DNA of 64,000 nt from the NCBI GenBank assembly GCA_038087875.1, contig CM076001.1, forward strand, positions 1,612,001 to 1,676,000, written 5' to 3'. This DNA comes from Malacoraja senta (lineage: Eukaryota). Shown in pieces: positions 1 to 10,894 of this stretch. The notes under the pieces are model-generated. The model was not told the origin of the DNA, ran no database searches, and saw only the letters and a program-made list of their open reading frames with translations. Every line of letters begins with the position of its first letter. The stretch's first letter is position 1. The translations under genes and the position numbers were made by a program.

Positions 1-9
1 AGGCCACAC

Positions 10-350
10 ACAAATTGGAGGAGCAGCACCTTATATTTCGCTTGTGCAACTTACAATCCGGCGGTATGAACTTTGAATGCTCGCATTCCAAATAATCCCC
101 GGAGTCTCTCAATTTCTCTCCCTCTCTCCCCGAACCTAGCCATCATACTAGTTGTACTGCTCGCATGTTTATATTCGTTCGGTATCACCTCTCCCCCAGC
201 CAACAATGGGCGATTATGGCCTCCATTCTTCCTTGGCCACCTCTATTGTTCTGGCCTTTACTGACATCCAGTGCCCTCCGCTGTATGTTCAGGCGGAAGA
301 AGTGGCCCCGACCAGAAACATAATTTATCCCTTTTATCGAGAGATGCTAC
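10..350 (+). mobile_element. Penelope-like element 3' remnant (also about 28325-28660; diverged copy about 51170-51490)
   Basis: Translates as LEEQHLIFRLCNLQSGGMNFEC, matching the C-terminus of the Penelope ORF at 22317-23322 (LEEMHLIFRLGSLHPGGLNIEF), followed by a degenerate tail. Confidence 0.7.
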
Positions 351-609
351 CTTCCCCGCCGAATCACTCCATCAGTGTGCGTCATTCTTCGCTATAAATC
401 GGCATCTACAATTTCTTTCTACGCCACCCCTTCTGGCTGCTCCTTCCATAAACCCAATGAAATATTTCGGCATTTGGTTGCAACGGACATCCAGTTAATG
501 ATTGGGGAATTATAAACGGGAACGAAAACCAAGTTGGCAAAATAATTTGTACCTAAAATTCCCGAGATAATTTAAAAACTGCACAGGTTCCAATTGATTA
601 AGAAAGAAC

Positions 610-853
610 TGCTGGAAAAATCGACTGTGGCAAAAATGATGGAGAAACTCAGCTGGTTAGGCAGCATCTGTGGAGCGAAGGAACAGGTGACGTTTCGGGT
701 CAAGACCCTTTTTGGACTGATGTGGGGTTGGGGCGGGGTGGGTGGTGGGGGGGGCGGAAACCCGAAAGGTCACCTGTTTCTTCGCTGAATTGATGCTGCC
801 TCGCCCGCTGAGTTTCTCCAGCATTTTTTTATCTATCTTCGATTTTTCCAGCA
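610..853. repeat. Inverted repeat of Penelope 3' tail (hairpin) with G-rich loop; duplicate at 28924-29167
   Basis: 610-700 is the approximate reverse complement of 760-853 (TGCTGGAAAAATCGA...GGAGAAACTCAGC...GGCAGCATC...CAGGTGAC.TTTCGGGT). The arms resemble the Penelope tail at 23460-23530. Confidence 0.75.
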
Positions 854-870
854 TCTGCCCGTTTCCGCGC

Positions 871-955
871 TAAACTAAACTAAACTAAACTAAACTAAAC
901 TAAACTAAACTAAACTGAACTGAACTAAATTAAACTAAACTAAACTAAACTAAAC
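871..955 (+). repeat. (TAAAC)n microsatellite, probable SINE tail; duplicate at 29185-29269
   Basis: Direct pentamer repeats TAAAC/TGAAC. Confidence 0.9.
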
Positions 956-2751
956 AAAGGTAAACTTGGTGTTGAGCCCATTGGTTGGCCATCGTACATT
1001 GTTCCTCGTTGATGAATGGTAGATGAATGGTAGAACATCAGCTGTGGATGTCTCGCCAACAGTCTGTTGGGACTTTAATATCGCGGACCCTGCCATCCGT
1101 TTGTCGGGGATCCAATTTCCAACTTCAGGGCCTGTGGACTTTAACATCGTGTAGCCCGCGGTCTCTGGTAAGAAGAAGCCCGACTCGGGAGCTTCATGCC
1201 GCGGGGAGAGTTTTAACCGCTCCGACACGGGAGTATCGATCAGCACGATGGAGGATTCGATCGTCGGCTGCGGGGGCTTTGTTCGCCCCGACCTGCGAAT
1301 GGTTTGACTGCCCCGACCGTGGGAGAAGAAGAGGAAGCAGATTAAACTTTACTGCCTTCCATCACAGTGATGAATATGAAATCAACTGTGGTGTATGTAC
1401 ATGTTAACTTTTATCTGGTTTTGTGCCTTGTGACTTTTCACTTAGTATGGCTGTATGGTAACTCAAATTTCACTGTACCCTAACTGGTACATGTGACAAT
1501 AAACTGACCTTGAAACCTGGAAAACGTCAATATCATGTGAATGTGGGGAGAATAAATTTGGGTTATCAAAATATGCGAATTTGTTAGTCAGCGTGTGCGC
1601 GTGTGTGCGCGTGTCTGTGTGTGTGTAATTTAACTCCAACTTCATCACCAAAATTGTTGCTCCTTTAATCCGGTGTAATTTGCGTTAATTTGCGATTGGC
1701 CTATAAAGCAATACAAGAAGGTGATCCGCATCCGCAATGCACTGACAATTTCTATTGGAAAATTCGTGGGCCGAGACAGAGTCTCCTGTGAAATGTTTAC
1801 ACATATTTCACTATCTCCTGCATCGTGGGGACAGTTAAATCTCTTACAATATCTGTTAAGGTGGTTTCTCAAATATATTAAGATAAAAATTAACTAGCTG
1901 AATGAAGGACCAGATGACATAGATTTTAATTGAAGCGGAATGGATTGAATAGAAACCTGAGGGGTAACTTTTTAACATAAAGGGTAGTGAGTGTATGGAA
2001 CAAGCAGCCAGAAGAGGTAGCTGAGGCAGGGGCCACATCATCGTTTAACAAACAGTTTGACACGTAGATGGATAGGACTAGATTGGAGGGACATGGGTCA
2101 ATCGCGAGCAGGTGGTAGTAGTGTTGCTGGGACATATTGGTCGATGTGGGCAAGATGAGCCGAAGGGCTTGTTTCCACGCTGTATCAATATGACCGAATG
2201 ACTATGCCCCTCAATGCTCTGTGGAATTCTCAGCCTCACAAGCCAGTGGATTTAATTTCACATGCTATTTTCAATAGAAAGTTAGATATAGCACAGACAA
2301 TACAATACAATACACGGTGAAAACATTAACGACGCAGTGGTGCTAGTTCCCGACGGGCACGGTGAAGGATGCACCACACATCTCTGTCCTCCATGCAACT
2401 GGCAAGCTCCTCTGTTGTCTCTACACATGCGTCTTCCGTCAACGCCATCAGCATCGTCTTGATTGGCCGTCCCGGATTAGGGCTAACAGAATGAGGAGAT
2501 ATGGGGAAAAAGCAGGAACGGGTACTGATTTTGTTTGATCAGCCGAATGCCCTACTCCTACACCAATTTTCTAAGTTTCTATGTCTATGTTTCTGTTAGG
2601 GTTGTGGGGACAATGCGTATGCTCACGGTCTGCATCGGTGTCTAATGCGCAAATGTATTCGAAGGTCAATGTGTCCCTGCGGTGTGACAGCACACTGCGC
2701 CTCCCCATGTTCTTTCCGTTGTTACGGCGGCATCTGCCGTTCACTTGTATT

Positions 2752-3600
2752 TAGAAACATAGAAACATGGAAACATAGAAAATAAGTGCAGGAGGTCTCA
2801 ATTTGGCCCTTCGAGCCAGCACCGCCATTCATTGTGATCATGGCTGATCATCGACAATCAGAAACACGTGCCTGCCTTCTCCCCATATCCCCAGATTCCG
2901 CGAGCCCCCAGAGCTCTATCTAACTCTCTTTGAATTTCATCCAGAGAATTGGCCTCTATTGCCTTCTGTGGCAGGGAATTCCTTAGATTCACAACTCTCT
3001 TGGTGAAAACGTTTTTTTCTCATCCCAGTTTTAAATGGCCTCCCTTTATTCTTAGACTGTGGCCCCCTGATTCTGGACTCCCTTGGCATTGGGAATATTT
3101 TTCCTGCATCTAGCTTATCCACTCCTTTTATAATTGTACATGTTTCTATAAAATCCCCACTCATCCTAAATTCCTGTGATAACCTGCCCAGTATTCCCAA
3201 CATTTCCTCATATGACACTCCCGCCATGCCGGGATTTAACCTCGGGAACCTACGCTGCACTGCTTCAATAGCAAGGATGTCCTTCCTCAAATTAGGAGAC
3301 CAAAACTGCACACAGTGCTCCAGATGTGTTCTCACCAGGGCCCCGTACAACTGCAAAAGGTCCTCTTTACTCCTGTGCGCAAATCCACTCGTTAAGAAGG
3401 CCAGCATACTACAATCGTTCTTCACTGCCTGCATGTTTACTTTCAGTGACTGGTGTACAAGGACACCCAGGTCTCGTTGCACTTCCCTTTTTCCTAATCT
3501 GACACCATTGAGATAATTACCTGCCTCCTTGTTCTTGCCGCCAAAGTGGATTATCTCACATTTATCTACATTCTACTGCATCTCCCATGCATCTGCCCAC
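2752..3600 (-). mobile_element. CR1 LINE 3' fragment (duplicate about 31066-31915)
   Basis: ORF 2937-3482 carries CR1 RT C-terminal motifs (RDLGVLVHQSLKV, HLEHCVQFWSP, LEAVQRRF) and a (CATAGAAA)n-type tail. Confidence 0.85.
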
Positions 3601-3604
3601 TCAG

Positions 3605-6159
3605 GACCTCTGACTGGAAAATCGTCGGTAACCGGAAGGCCACCCCACTCGAATTTGTGCTGAGGTAGCTCATTTAGAACCCCCCCCCCCCCACACCCCC
3701 TTCCCACTCCAGGAGACAGATGGGTTCATCACTGGCAACTGTATGCGTCTCTTGCAGAAAACTTACTGATATTTCCCCTTTCTGAGGACTGATTGATGAT
3801 GAAACCTACGAAGGTCCCCCCTTCCGCCATTTATCTTTAGACTAGAAACTGTGATCTTCATGTTGAAGACACAGGGAAGGTTTTCCCTCACACTCTCGTA
3901 GGAGTGGGGCTTCTCCGTCTTAGAAGCTTCAAAACGTCCCCGAACTGATGCGTCTCAGACTCGGGACAACCTCTTTACTGCGAAAGGTATCATCAAGTGG
4001 CGGGTTAAGTACCGGCTGCTCCGGCCACTGTTTACCAGTTTGTTACTACTGCACTTGTTTGCTTTAGAAACTCCCGAAGCTCCCAGATGCCGGCCCCTCT
4101 AGACAAAGCACTGGAATCCGGGCATTGTGCCAACCCACTGACACCTGAAGCAACATCTCCCCCTCGCTACGCTCAAGGTCATCGTCTGAGTTCGGAGTGC
4201 TGCCGCTTGCTGCCAGCTCGCTCGCCCCACTGCATAAGCTGTAAGCTGGCTACATCGCGCTCCCCCTCCTCCGGCATGATCCCACCCCCGGGATCAGTGT
4301 CGAGGGAGGGTCCCGATAACTCTGACAGCGATGAGCCGGCCAGTGAATGGCCAGACTCGTGCACTCACCCATAGCCTCCTAAAACTGGAACTGGGAAAGA
4401 ACAAACAAGAGACGTCGCCAGGGCCCGCGGTTCGCAGGCACCCCCGGAATCCGATTGAGGGTCACGACCCGAGACAGCCCCGTCCCCTTCCGCACCAAGG
4501 GTACCCGCTACAACAGTATCACCCAGAGAGACTGCAGCCTCCGCCACCAGGGGAGTATCCTCACTATGGCCTTTTTGAAGGAGTAGGTGACTCTCGATTC
4601 TCCCCTACTTCCTCAGTCGATGGGGCAGCAATCCCTCAGATAGCTCTAATGAGGAGCTCTAATGAGGAGCACAGGCTGGGAAACCACTCCTAAACTCCAT
4701 CCTCCCCTTTCGGGTTGCCTCTGCTTGTCCTCCATACCAGGGGACACATTTCTAGGGGCGCCAACCCCAGCAACACGTGAGATAACCCGCTCGGAAGGTC
4801 ACCGACCTCGACAGTGGAGGAAGGTCTCGAAGAAGGTTGCCCCATAACTTTGGGCACTCCCTCAAAGGGCCCACGCCTTCTTTTTGTCCCGCTGAAGTGC
4901 GGCGGTAGAGTGACCTCAACAAAGGAAGAGTCCTCCGACTCCACACTACCAGCTTTCTCTCTTCCCCATTGTGAACCTCCCCAGCTCCTTGCTGAACCCC
5001 GCCAGGTGCTTCCTGGACCTTACAGGGACCAACATTCTCCCTTTGGGATTGCCCAGGTGTGGGCGTGGGCCTTCATCTTGCGGGTGGCTTGTTTGGAGGT
5101 GTGTATTCTTCTTCTTGGACTTCTTCCCTCTCTGCATCGGCATCCCTCCCCCTCCACACACCCCCGCCGAGCTCCCCTGGGCCTCGCCATCATCCGCCGC
5201 GGCAGGTACAGAACGTGGGGGGCGGGGAGCCTCATAGAGCCCACCAATGTCGCTCCGGGTTACCGAGGTGGAACTGGCAGCCCCGGATGGACCAGCAGTG
5301 CTTTCCTGTGCTGCTGCGTTGGGATTTCTCGCAGCATCCCGACGATTGGGACAATCCCTGCGGACGTATCCAAACTCCTTGCACGCATGACACGGTGCCT
5401 CCCCCGAACTCCAACGCACGCGGTAGGGAATCCCATCATGCTCCACGAAGAAGCTCCCCTATAGACCCGACCCCGTTCTCACCTTCATAAACACCCACCT
5501 CTTAAAACGCAAGATCCCTTTAGAACGCGGGTCACGCCAGGGCTGTATAAGCCTAGTCAGCCTGGACCTCACCTCTCGTAGTCAACATAAAGCTCCTATT
5601 CGAGAGACCCCGAAGACGCAGCCGAAACCACAGCTGCGTAGCTCTGAGCCTGAGATCATGCCGCCGCTATCCTGACAGTGGTACAAACCAGCACCTCAGA
5701 CAACAACAGTCTCAGCTCAAGAGCGATCTGTGAGTCAGTCTCAGCAGAAGCAGTTCTCTCCAGCCGAGCAAGGAAATACGCCAAGCCCAAATTGTCTGCC
5801 GAGAGCATCTCTATGGGGTCTTTTATCAGGCCTTCCAAGCCTCCGGAAACTGCCGGATTCGAAAAGCACCCTCTTATTTTCAGCACAGGCGACCTGCTCT
5901 GGGCAAAACGGCATGGGAGCAGGGTTACGGTGCTAGAAACGATATAAACATGGCCACTTTCCGACTCCCCGTCTCCAGGTACGAGTGGCAATCCGCCAGT
6001 CACTGCCGCTCTCGCGGCACTCAGATTCGCTGGGAATCATCACAAAAAGGAAAGTTTCCGCAGTCCGACGTTTGGTCAAACCTCGAACTCTCACTGCCTC
6101 TGTCCCTCTACCTTCGACAAAAAACTTTTGAAAGGTAGCTTCGAAACTTCTCAGCGTCG
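3605..6159 (-). mobile_element. Tx1/L1-clade non-LTR retrotransposon: 5' region, ORF1 and start of ORF2 endonuclease, degenerate
   Basis: ORF1-like RFKRWVFMKV...CHACKEFGYVRRDC (degenerate CCHC knuckle). Near 3640-3860 the minus strand encodes ITVSSLKING...FLQETHT..., an APE endonuclease N-terminus. The 5' end runs into the N gap. Confidence 0.7.
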
Positions 6160-6295
6160 NNNNNNNNNNNNNNNNNNNNNNNNNNNNNNNNNNNNNNNNN
6201 NNNNNNNNNNNNNNNNNNNNNNNNNNNNNNNNNNNNNNNNNNNNNNNNNNNNNNNNNNNNNNNNNNNNNNNNNNNNNNNNNNNNNNNNNNNNNNN
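6160..6295. other. Assembly gap (136 N)
   Basis: N run with flanks identical to those of the gap at 34476-34787. Confidence 1.
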
Positions 6296-6447
6296 GTGTT
6301 TCTGTAAATATCAATATAATTTATCTTTGTAATCTTTCTCTTTCTTTCCTTCCCTCGCAACGTGCAATCAATCCATACTACACTGAGATTCTCGGATAGC
6401 GCTCCAGATGTTCTGCAGTGCTCTGTGCCTGTATTCAGCCACATTGA

Positions 6448-6486
6448 GGTTTTGGTACAGCTATCTCACTGAGCTGTGTCACTGTG
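6448..6486 (-). promoter_or_regulatory. 23-RSS of supporting TCR-delta V1
   Basis: Minus strand: CACAGTG (6486-6480), 23-nt spacer, ACCAAAACC (6456-6448). Confidence 0.95.
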
Positions 6487-6792
6487 GGATGCGCGGACTC
6501 ATCCCACAGTAATACACAGCCGCGTCGCCCGGCAGCATTTCAGATAGCGTTAACTGGCTGATTTTCTGGCCAGGATCGAGAGAACCAGTAATACGGCCTT
6601 CGGCAGCCTCTTCCTTATCTTGCTTTCCTGAAGTGTGTCTTTGGAGCAGGAATTCCAGAGCCTGCCCTGGGAACTGTCGGTACCGGTGTACTGTGTACGA
6701 ACAGAATCCGGAATATACGCAGTTAAGAGAGACAGTGTCACCAGTAAGAGAGGATTGTTGTGGCGGGCTCTGGGAACCCGCGGAAATGGAAT
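6487..6792 (-). CDS. Leaderless supporting TCR-delta V exon (NAR-TCR type), copy 1; open frame but conserved FR2 Trp is Arg
   Basis: Acceptor TTTCTGCAG precedes (D)SISAGSQSPPQQSSLTGDTVSLNCVYSGFCSYTVHRYRQFPGQALEFLL...DAAVYYCGMSPRI. Both canonical Cys are present plus a CDR1 Cys. It is followed by a 23-RSS, and no leader exon is seen nearby upstream. Confidence 0.88.
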
Positions 6793-6964
6793 CTGCAGAA
6801 AGTAACAGGGGAATTGTTATTGTTTTAACATTGACTGTTGGCGACGGTGACATGCACAGAAACTGGGTACCGTCTCCGGTAGTTCATCACATGTTTGCAA
6901 AATGTATGGAAACGTTATTTATGAATCTTGTAATTGTTCCTGCGACGAGTTGAGTTTTAATTTC

Positions 6965-7225
6965 GTTTAGGTTAGTTTACTTTAGTTCAGTTTAGTTCAG
7001 TTTAGTTCAGTTTAGTTTAGTTTGGGGACACAGCGCGGAAACGGGCCCTTCGGCCCACCAAGTCCGAGTCGCCCTGCAATCCCCGCACATTAACACTATC
7101 CCACACACAAGATGGATAATTTACAGTTATAGAAAGCCAATTGCCCTTCAAAACTCTCCGTATTTGGAGTGCGGGAAGAAACCCTAGATCTCGGATCAAA
7201 ACCCAAGCAGAAAATCTCCGCAATA
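6965..7225 (-). mobile_element. HE1-like SINE with (CTAAA/CTGAA)n tail in the J-to-V intron (duplicate about 35464-35725)
   Basis: Reverse complement resembles the elasmobranch HE1-type SINE body and matches the plus-strand copy at about 45310-45555. Confidence 0.6.
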
Positions 7226-8039
7226 ACAATAACCTCTGACGCCTCGACTAATCAAAAATCTATCTATCGCTGCCTTATTTTCGCCCCTTACTTGGCCTCC
7301 ACAGCCTTCTGTGTTTAGCAACTGGAAGGTCATCTTTTAAGTGCAATATACACAACCCGGGATAAATACTTTGTCCTTTATGTATTAAGAGTTGTTTTTT
7401 CTTCACTGGGCCACGTCCGTCTGCGTTTTACTTTCATTTCATTGAAGAACAGTTTTGGTTTTCAATCTTGTTCGCCCGCTTTTTGCTGCTTGCGGTTCAT
7501 ATTTTCATCTCCCGAGAACCGTTTCAACAGGTCTGCCAGCTGTCGTTTGATTACAGTTTGGGGAATGTTTACAGAGGGTCCAGTTTCACTCGCAGCCCAT
7601 CTACTCTCCTGCAAAACCTCCCCCTGTTTCCTGGAAATAAGAAATATATTGTTTCCCAGGCTTTCGCACGCAGCGGTCGTGGATCAATCCCATAAATTGT
7701 ATGGGAAATTATATAAGCCCGTTGTAATGATAAGGCGGTTAGCACGACTTCAATAGTTGGTAAGATTTTAGAGACCAATAGTAAAAAATGAGGTTCCAGT
7801 TACCTTGAAGCACATGATAAAATCGGCGAAGTCAGCTGGTGGGGGCTTTTGCCTGACAAAACTGTTGAAATTATTTGTAAACGTAACAAGCAGGATGGAC
7901 AAAGTAAAGTCACAAATGCTGCTGACTTAAAATTTATGATGCATATTAAACGGTGCAGGACGCGAAGCGGCTAATTAAGATAGGAGTATCGGTGTTAGAG
8001 ATAAGGTATCAGTGTGGATAGAGGATAGGCTGTCCGTTG

Positions 8040-8710
8040 CAGGGCAAAATATTGGAATAAAAGTGATCTTTTCCGCTTGCTGCCTGTGACTAATGGGTCA
8101 ATGTTGGGTCCACTCCTTTTTCCGTTGTATGTTTACGATCTGGGTGATGGAATTGATGGCTTTGCGGCTGATATCGTGGACGATGCCAAAATAGGTGAAG
8201 GGGCAGGTAGTGTTGAGTAAGCATGGAGTCTCCAGAGTTATTTGAACAGGTTGGAAGAGGGGGGCAAATAAGTGGCAGATGAAATACGACACAGCACACT
8301 ATACGGACATGCACTTTGGCGGAAGGAATGACGACGTCGACTATTTTCTAAATGGGGAGAGGATTCAGAAATGGAGGTGCAAAGGGACTTGGGAATGTTG
8401 GTGCGGGAATTCCAAAATGTGAATTTGCAGAGCGAATCGTCGTTCAGGGAGACAAATTAATTTTTTGCATTAATCTCGAGATGACTTGAACATAAAAACA
8501 GGAATCTAAAATGTAAATCGTAGATGTTTTTTTAGGCACTGATGTGATCACATTTGGAATATCGCGAGCAGTTTTGGGTCCCGTATCTAAGGAAGGATAT
8601 GGTGGCTTTGGAGATTGCCAAGCGGAGGTTTACGCGAATTATTTGGGGGATCATTCGGTCGCGCATAAGAAGCGTTTGCTAACTCCAAGCCTACACACGC
8701 TGGACTTGAG
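8040..8710 (+). mobile_element. Degenerate CR1 RT fragment (duplicate about 36540-37210)
   Basis: Decayed CR1 RT motifs (FAADIVDDAKIG, HFGGRN, DLGMLV). Confidence 0.65.
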
Positions 8711-10065
8711 AAGGATAAGTTCTGATCACTCTGATCACTCTGATTGAGATTTGAGCAGCATTGTCATCGGCATTTCGTCCTCACGCTCCAAACTCGGATA
8801 CTTTCCCTCTTTTCTCTGAATTGATCCTTGCTACATATCGCAGACTTCACCCACGCACTTTTCGTTTTAACTTCCAACGGCGGCTTTCAATTTGGGCAAA
8901 TGGCCTAACTCTGCTTCTATACCTTATCGTCTTTGTCTTTGTTTTGGATGTGGGCATAGCTGTTACGGCCAACAGTCATTGCCCGTTAGAATCAACAGTA
9001 ACGATTCCAGGGTGTTCAAATGTATTCTGTTCCGACAACGGAACATGACATTCTTACTTGTAGATGCACACAGGCCTAGAAATGCAATAGGCTTTATCAG
9101 ATAACAGAGTCATAGAGTCATGTAGCGATATAACGCGGAAACAGGCTCGTCGGCCCACGTTGCCCACACCGGCCAACATGTCAAATCTACATTTGTGCCA
9201 ACAGCCCGCGTTTGGTCCAAATCCATACAAACCTGTCCTGTCCATGTATTGTCTAACTGATTCTTAAACAGTGGGTTCAACTATTTACTCTGGCAACTTG
9301 TTCTGGCAACACCCACTACCCTCCGTGTGAAAACGTTACCGCTCAAATCGTATTAATCTTCCCCTTCAGCTTAAACCTGTGTCCCCCGTTCCTCGACTCA
9401 CCTACTCTGCACAAGAGACTCTGCGTATCTACCCGATCTATTCTTCCCATGATTTTATACACTTCCGTACGATCACCCCATTCCTCTCATAATGTATGAT
9501 ACACAAACTAACTCAATAACTTAATGGCCACCATCCTAGAGCAACAAAAAAAACAAATCCTTTGTATAACCAGAGACAATTATGAAATCTTTATGAACAC
9601 AAAGTGCTGCAGTAACTTATAGACCAAGACGGTGAATTCGCATAGTGTTTTGGAGCAAGCCGGCAGTTTGGTGGTAGCATTAACTGCGCGGGTCTGGCAG
9701 CATTTCAGGAGAACATTGATAGCCGACATTTGGTATCTAGACTTTAGATTCCGATTTCAGCGTCCGCATTTACTTGTGTCTGCATAGAAATTCATAGGTG
9801 TGGTTAGCACTGTGTGGTGTTCCCGATCTTGGTGGTTTTGGGGAAGTAGCTATTCTTGAACCTGATTAACCTTGTGCTCCCGGGGAGCCCGACATATCCT
9901 CTCCTTGGACTCACGTGTACCCTAACATCTGGACCAAGTTGCTGGAACACTTTATGAATAGAATCTGTTTCAATTGGAAACCAATTGATGCCTCATGATC
10001 CAATATTAAAGGGAACTGAATATTTACAAGAATAGTCATGGATAAGAGAGGTTTAGGGTACTTAC

Positions 10066-10123
10066 CGGCTGAGACAGTCACCGTAGTCCCCGTCCCATCC
10101 TGATAGTATGTACGCCATGAACC
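10066..10123 (-). CDS. NAR-TCR J segment, copy 1
   Basis: Encodes GSWRTYYQDGTGTTVTVSA followed by phase-1 donor G|GTAAGT. The xGxG-T-x-V-T-V J motif has D in place of F/W, as in IgNAR-type J. Confidence 0.9.
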
Positions 10124-10162
10124 CACAGTGCCCCGTCTCTCGATGCTCGCAGTACAAGGACA
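10124..10162 (+). promoter_or_regulatory. 23-RSS of J1
   Basis: CACAGTG (10124-10130), 23-nt spacer, ACAAGGACA (10154-10162; non-consensus nonamer). Confidence 0.8.
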
Positions 10163-10462
10163 GTTCTCACCACGATTTGCCCCGCAACCATAAGAATCGC
10201 TGTCCAATTATTCTAGGAGTTTCAGACCAACCAGTAATTGTCCTTGCTCCCCAATCCTCGGTGGGTCGACCGGCTCCCGCTAAGAAACAGAGCTAAGAGC
10301 AGAGTGATCTCCTGGTCTGCTTTTACAAACACGGAACCAATTAGTAAGGAATGTTAACGGAATGTGGTAATCCCTATGCAATTTAACTGGACTACAGCGT
10401 CACGAACAACAATCGTTTGATTTTGGTTCCGGAACCCAAGGACATATATCTTGAATGGGGTG

Positions 10463-10534
10463 AGTTTTTACTCGACTCTCTTCCACTGTGTAGATCCCAT
10501 TGCCACACGTTGTTTCACGTCAGTTACAAATCCC
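10463..10534 (-). other. NAR-TCR D segment, copy 1 (coding 10491-10505, TGGCAATGGGATCTA) with 12/12-type RSSs
   Basis: 3' RSS on the minus strand: CACAGTG, 12 nt, GTAAAAACT. 5' RSS on the plus strand: CACGTTG (10506-10512), 12-13 nt, (T)ACAAATCCC. It lies between a 22-RSS V and a 23-RSS J, satisfying the 12/23 rule. Confidence 0.8.
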
Positions 10535-10856
10535 CAGGCGTCCGGCGAGACGGGCGGGCAGGAGATTAACGTTCAGCGAATGCATTTTTCGGATTGCAGC
10601 TTCTGTAACTAGATCCCGTCTGGAGTTGTGCATTAGAAGAGCGGTAAGTCATTCTCGATGGCAGTTCGGTTACACCGTTTTCGGTAAAGGGGGCATTATC
10701 CAGCCGCACTCGCCAAATAGGGAAACCCCATTGTTGAATAGCACGCATTTCATCCGTTACAACCTAAAATGCAGGGCAGCCGGGACAAAACGTTACCGTG
10801 GGTTACCCAGCGGATTCACCTCGCGTCTTCACGTTGCTACTAGAATCTGCCGTCAG

Positions 10857-10894
10857 GGTTTTTGTATTGCTGGAACCGCAGGCCCATCACTGTG
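10857..10894 (-). promoter_or_regulatory. 22/23-type RSS of NAR V1
   Basis: CACAGTG (10894-10888), 22-nt spacer, consensus ACAAAAACC (10865-10857). Confidence 0.95.

Larger units (their letters stand above)
1..6159. repeat. Segmental duplication block A, copy 1 (partner 28315-34475)
   Basis: Position 1 matches 28315 (offset 28314), and the same ORFs recur at that offset. Only scattered differences seen by eye, several of them 1-nt indels in homopolymer runs. Confidence 0.95.

Noticed and set aside
871-955. Regular short repeats as a CRISPR-like or functional array
   Set aside because: Simple microsatellite or retroelement tails with no unique spacers, in a eukaryotic context.
1363-1369. CACAGTG heptamer (also at 29677-29683)
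   Set aside because: No nonamer at 12 or 23 nt, no adjacent V/D/J coding sequence, and it lies in a dispersed repeat.
4814-5490. Long plus-strand ORFs (216 aa; 258 aa at 33130-33906)
   Set aside because: They are antisense shadows of the GC-rich Tx1 ORF1 with no recognisable domain.
6395-6420. CTCF-like CCAGATG near the supporting V RSS, and CTACTAGA near the NAR V RSS
   Set aside because: Only partial matches that lack the GGCGC/GGCAG half of the motif.
6108-6444. ORFs spanning N runs (also 34267-34936 and 53436-53786)
   Set aside because: Artefacts of translating through gaps.
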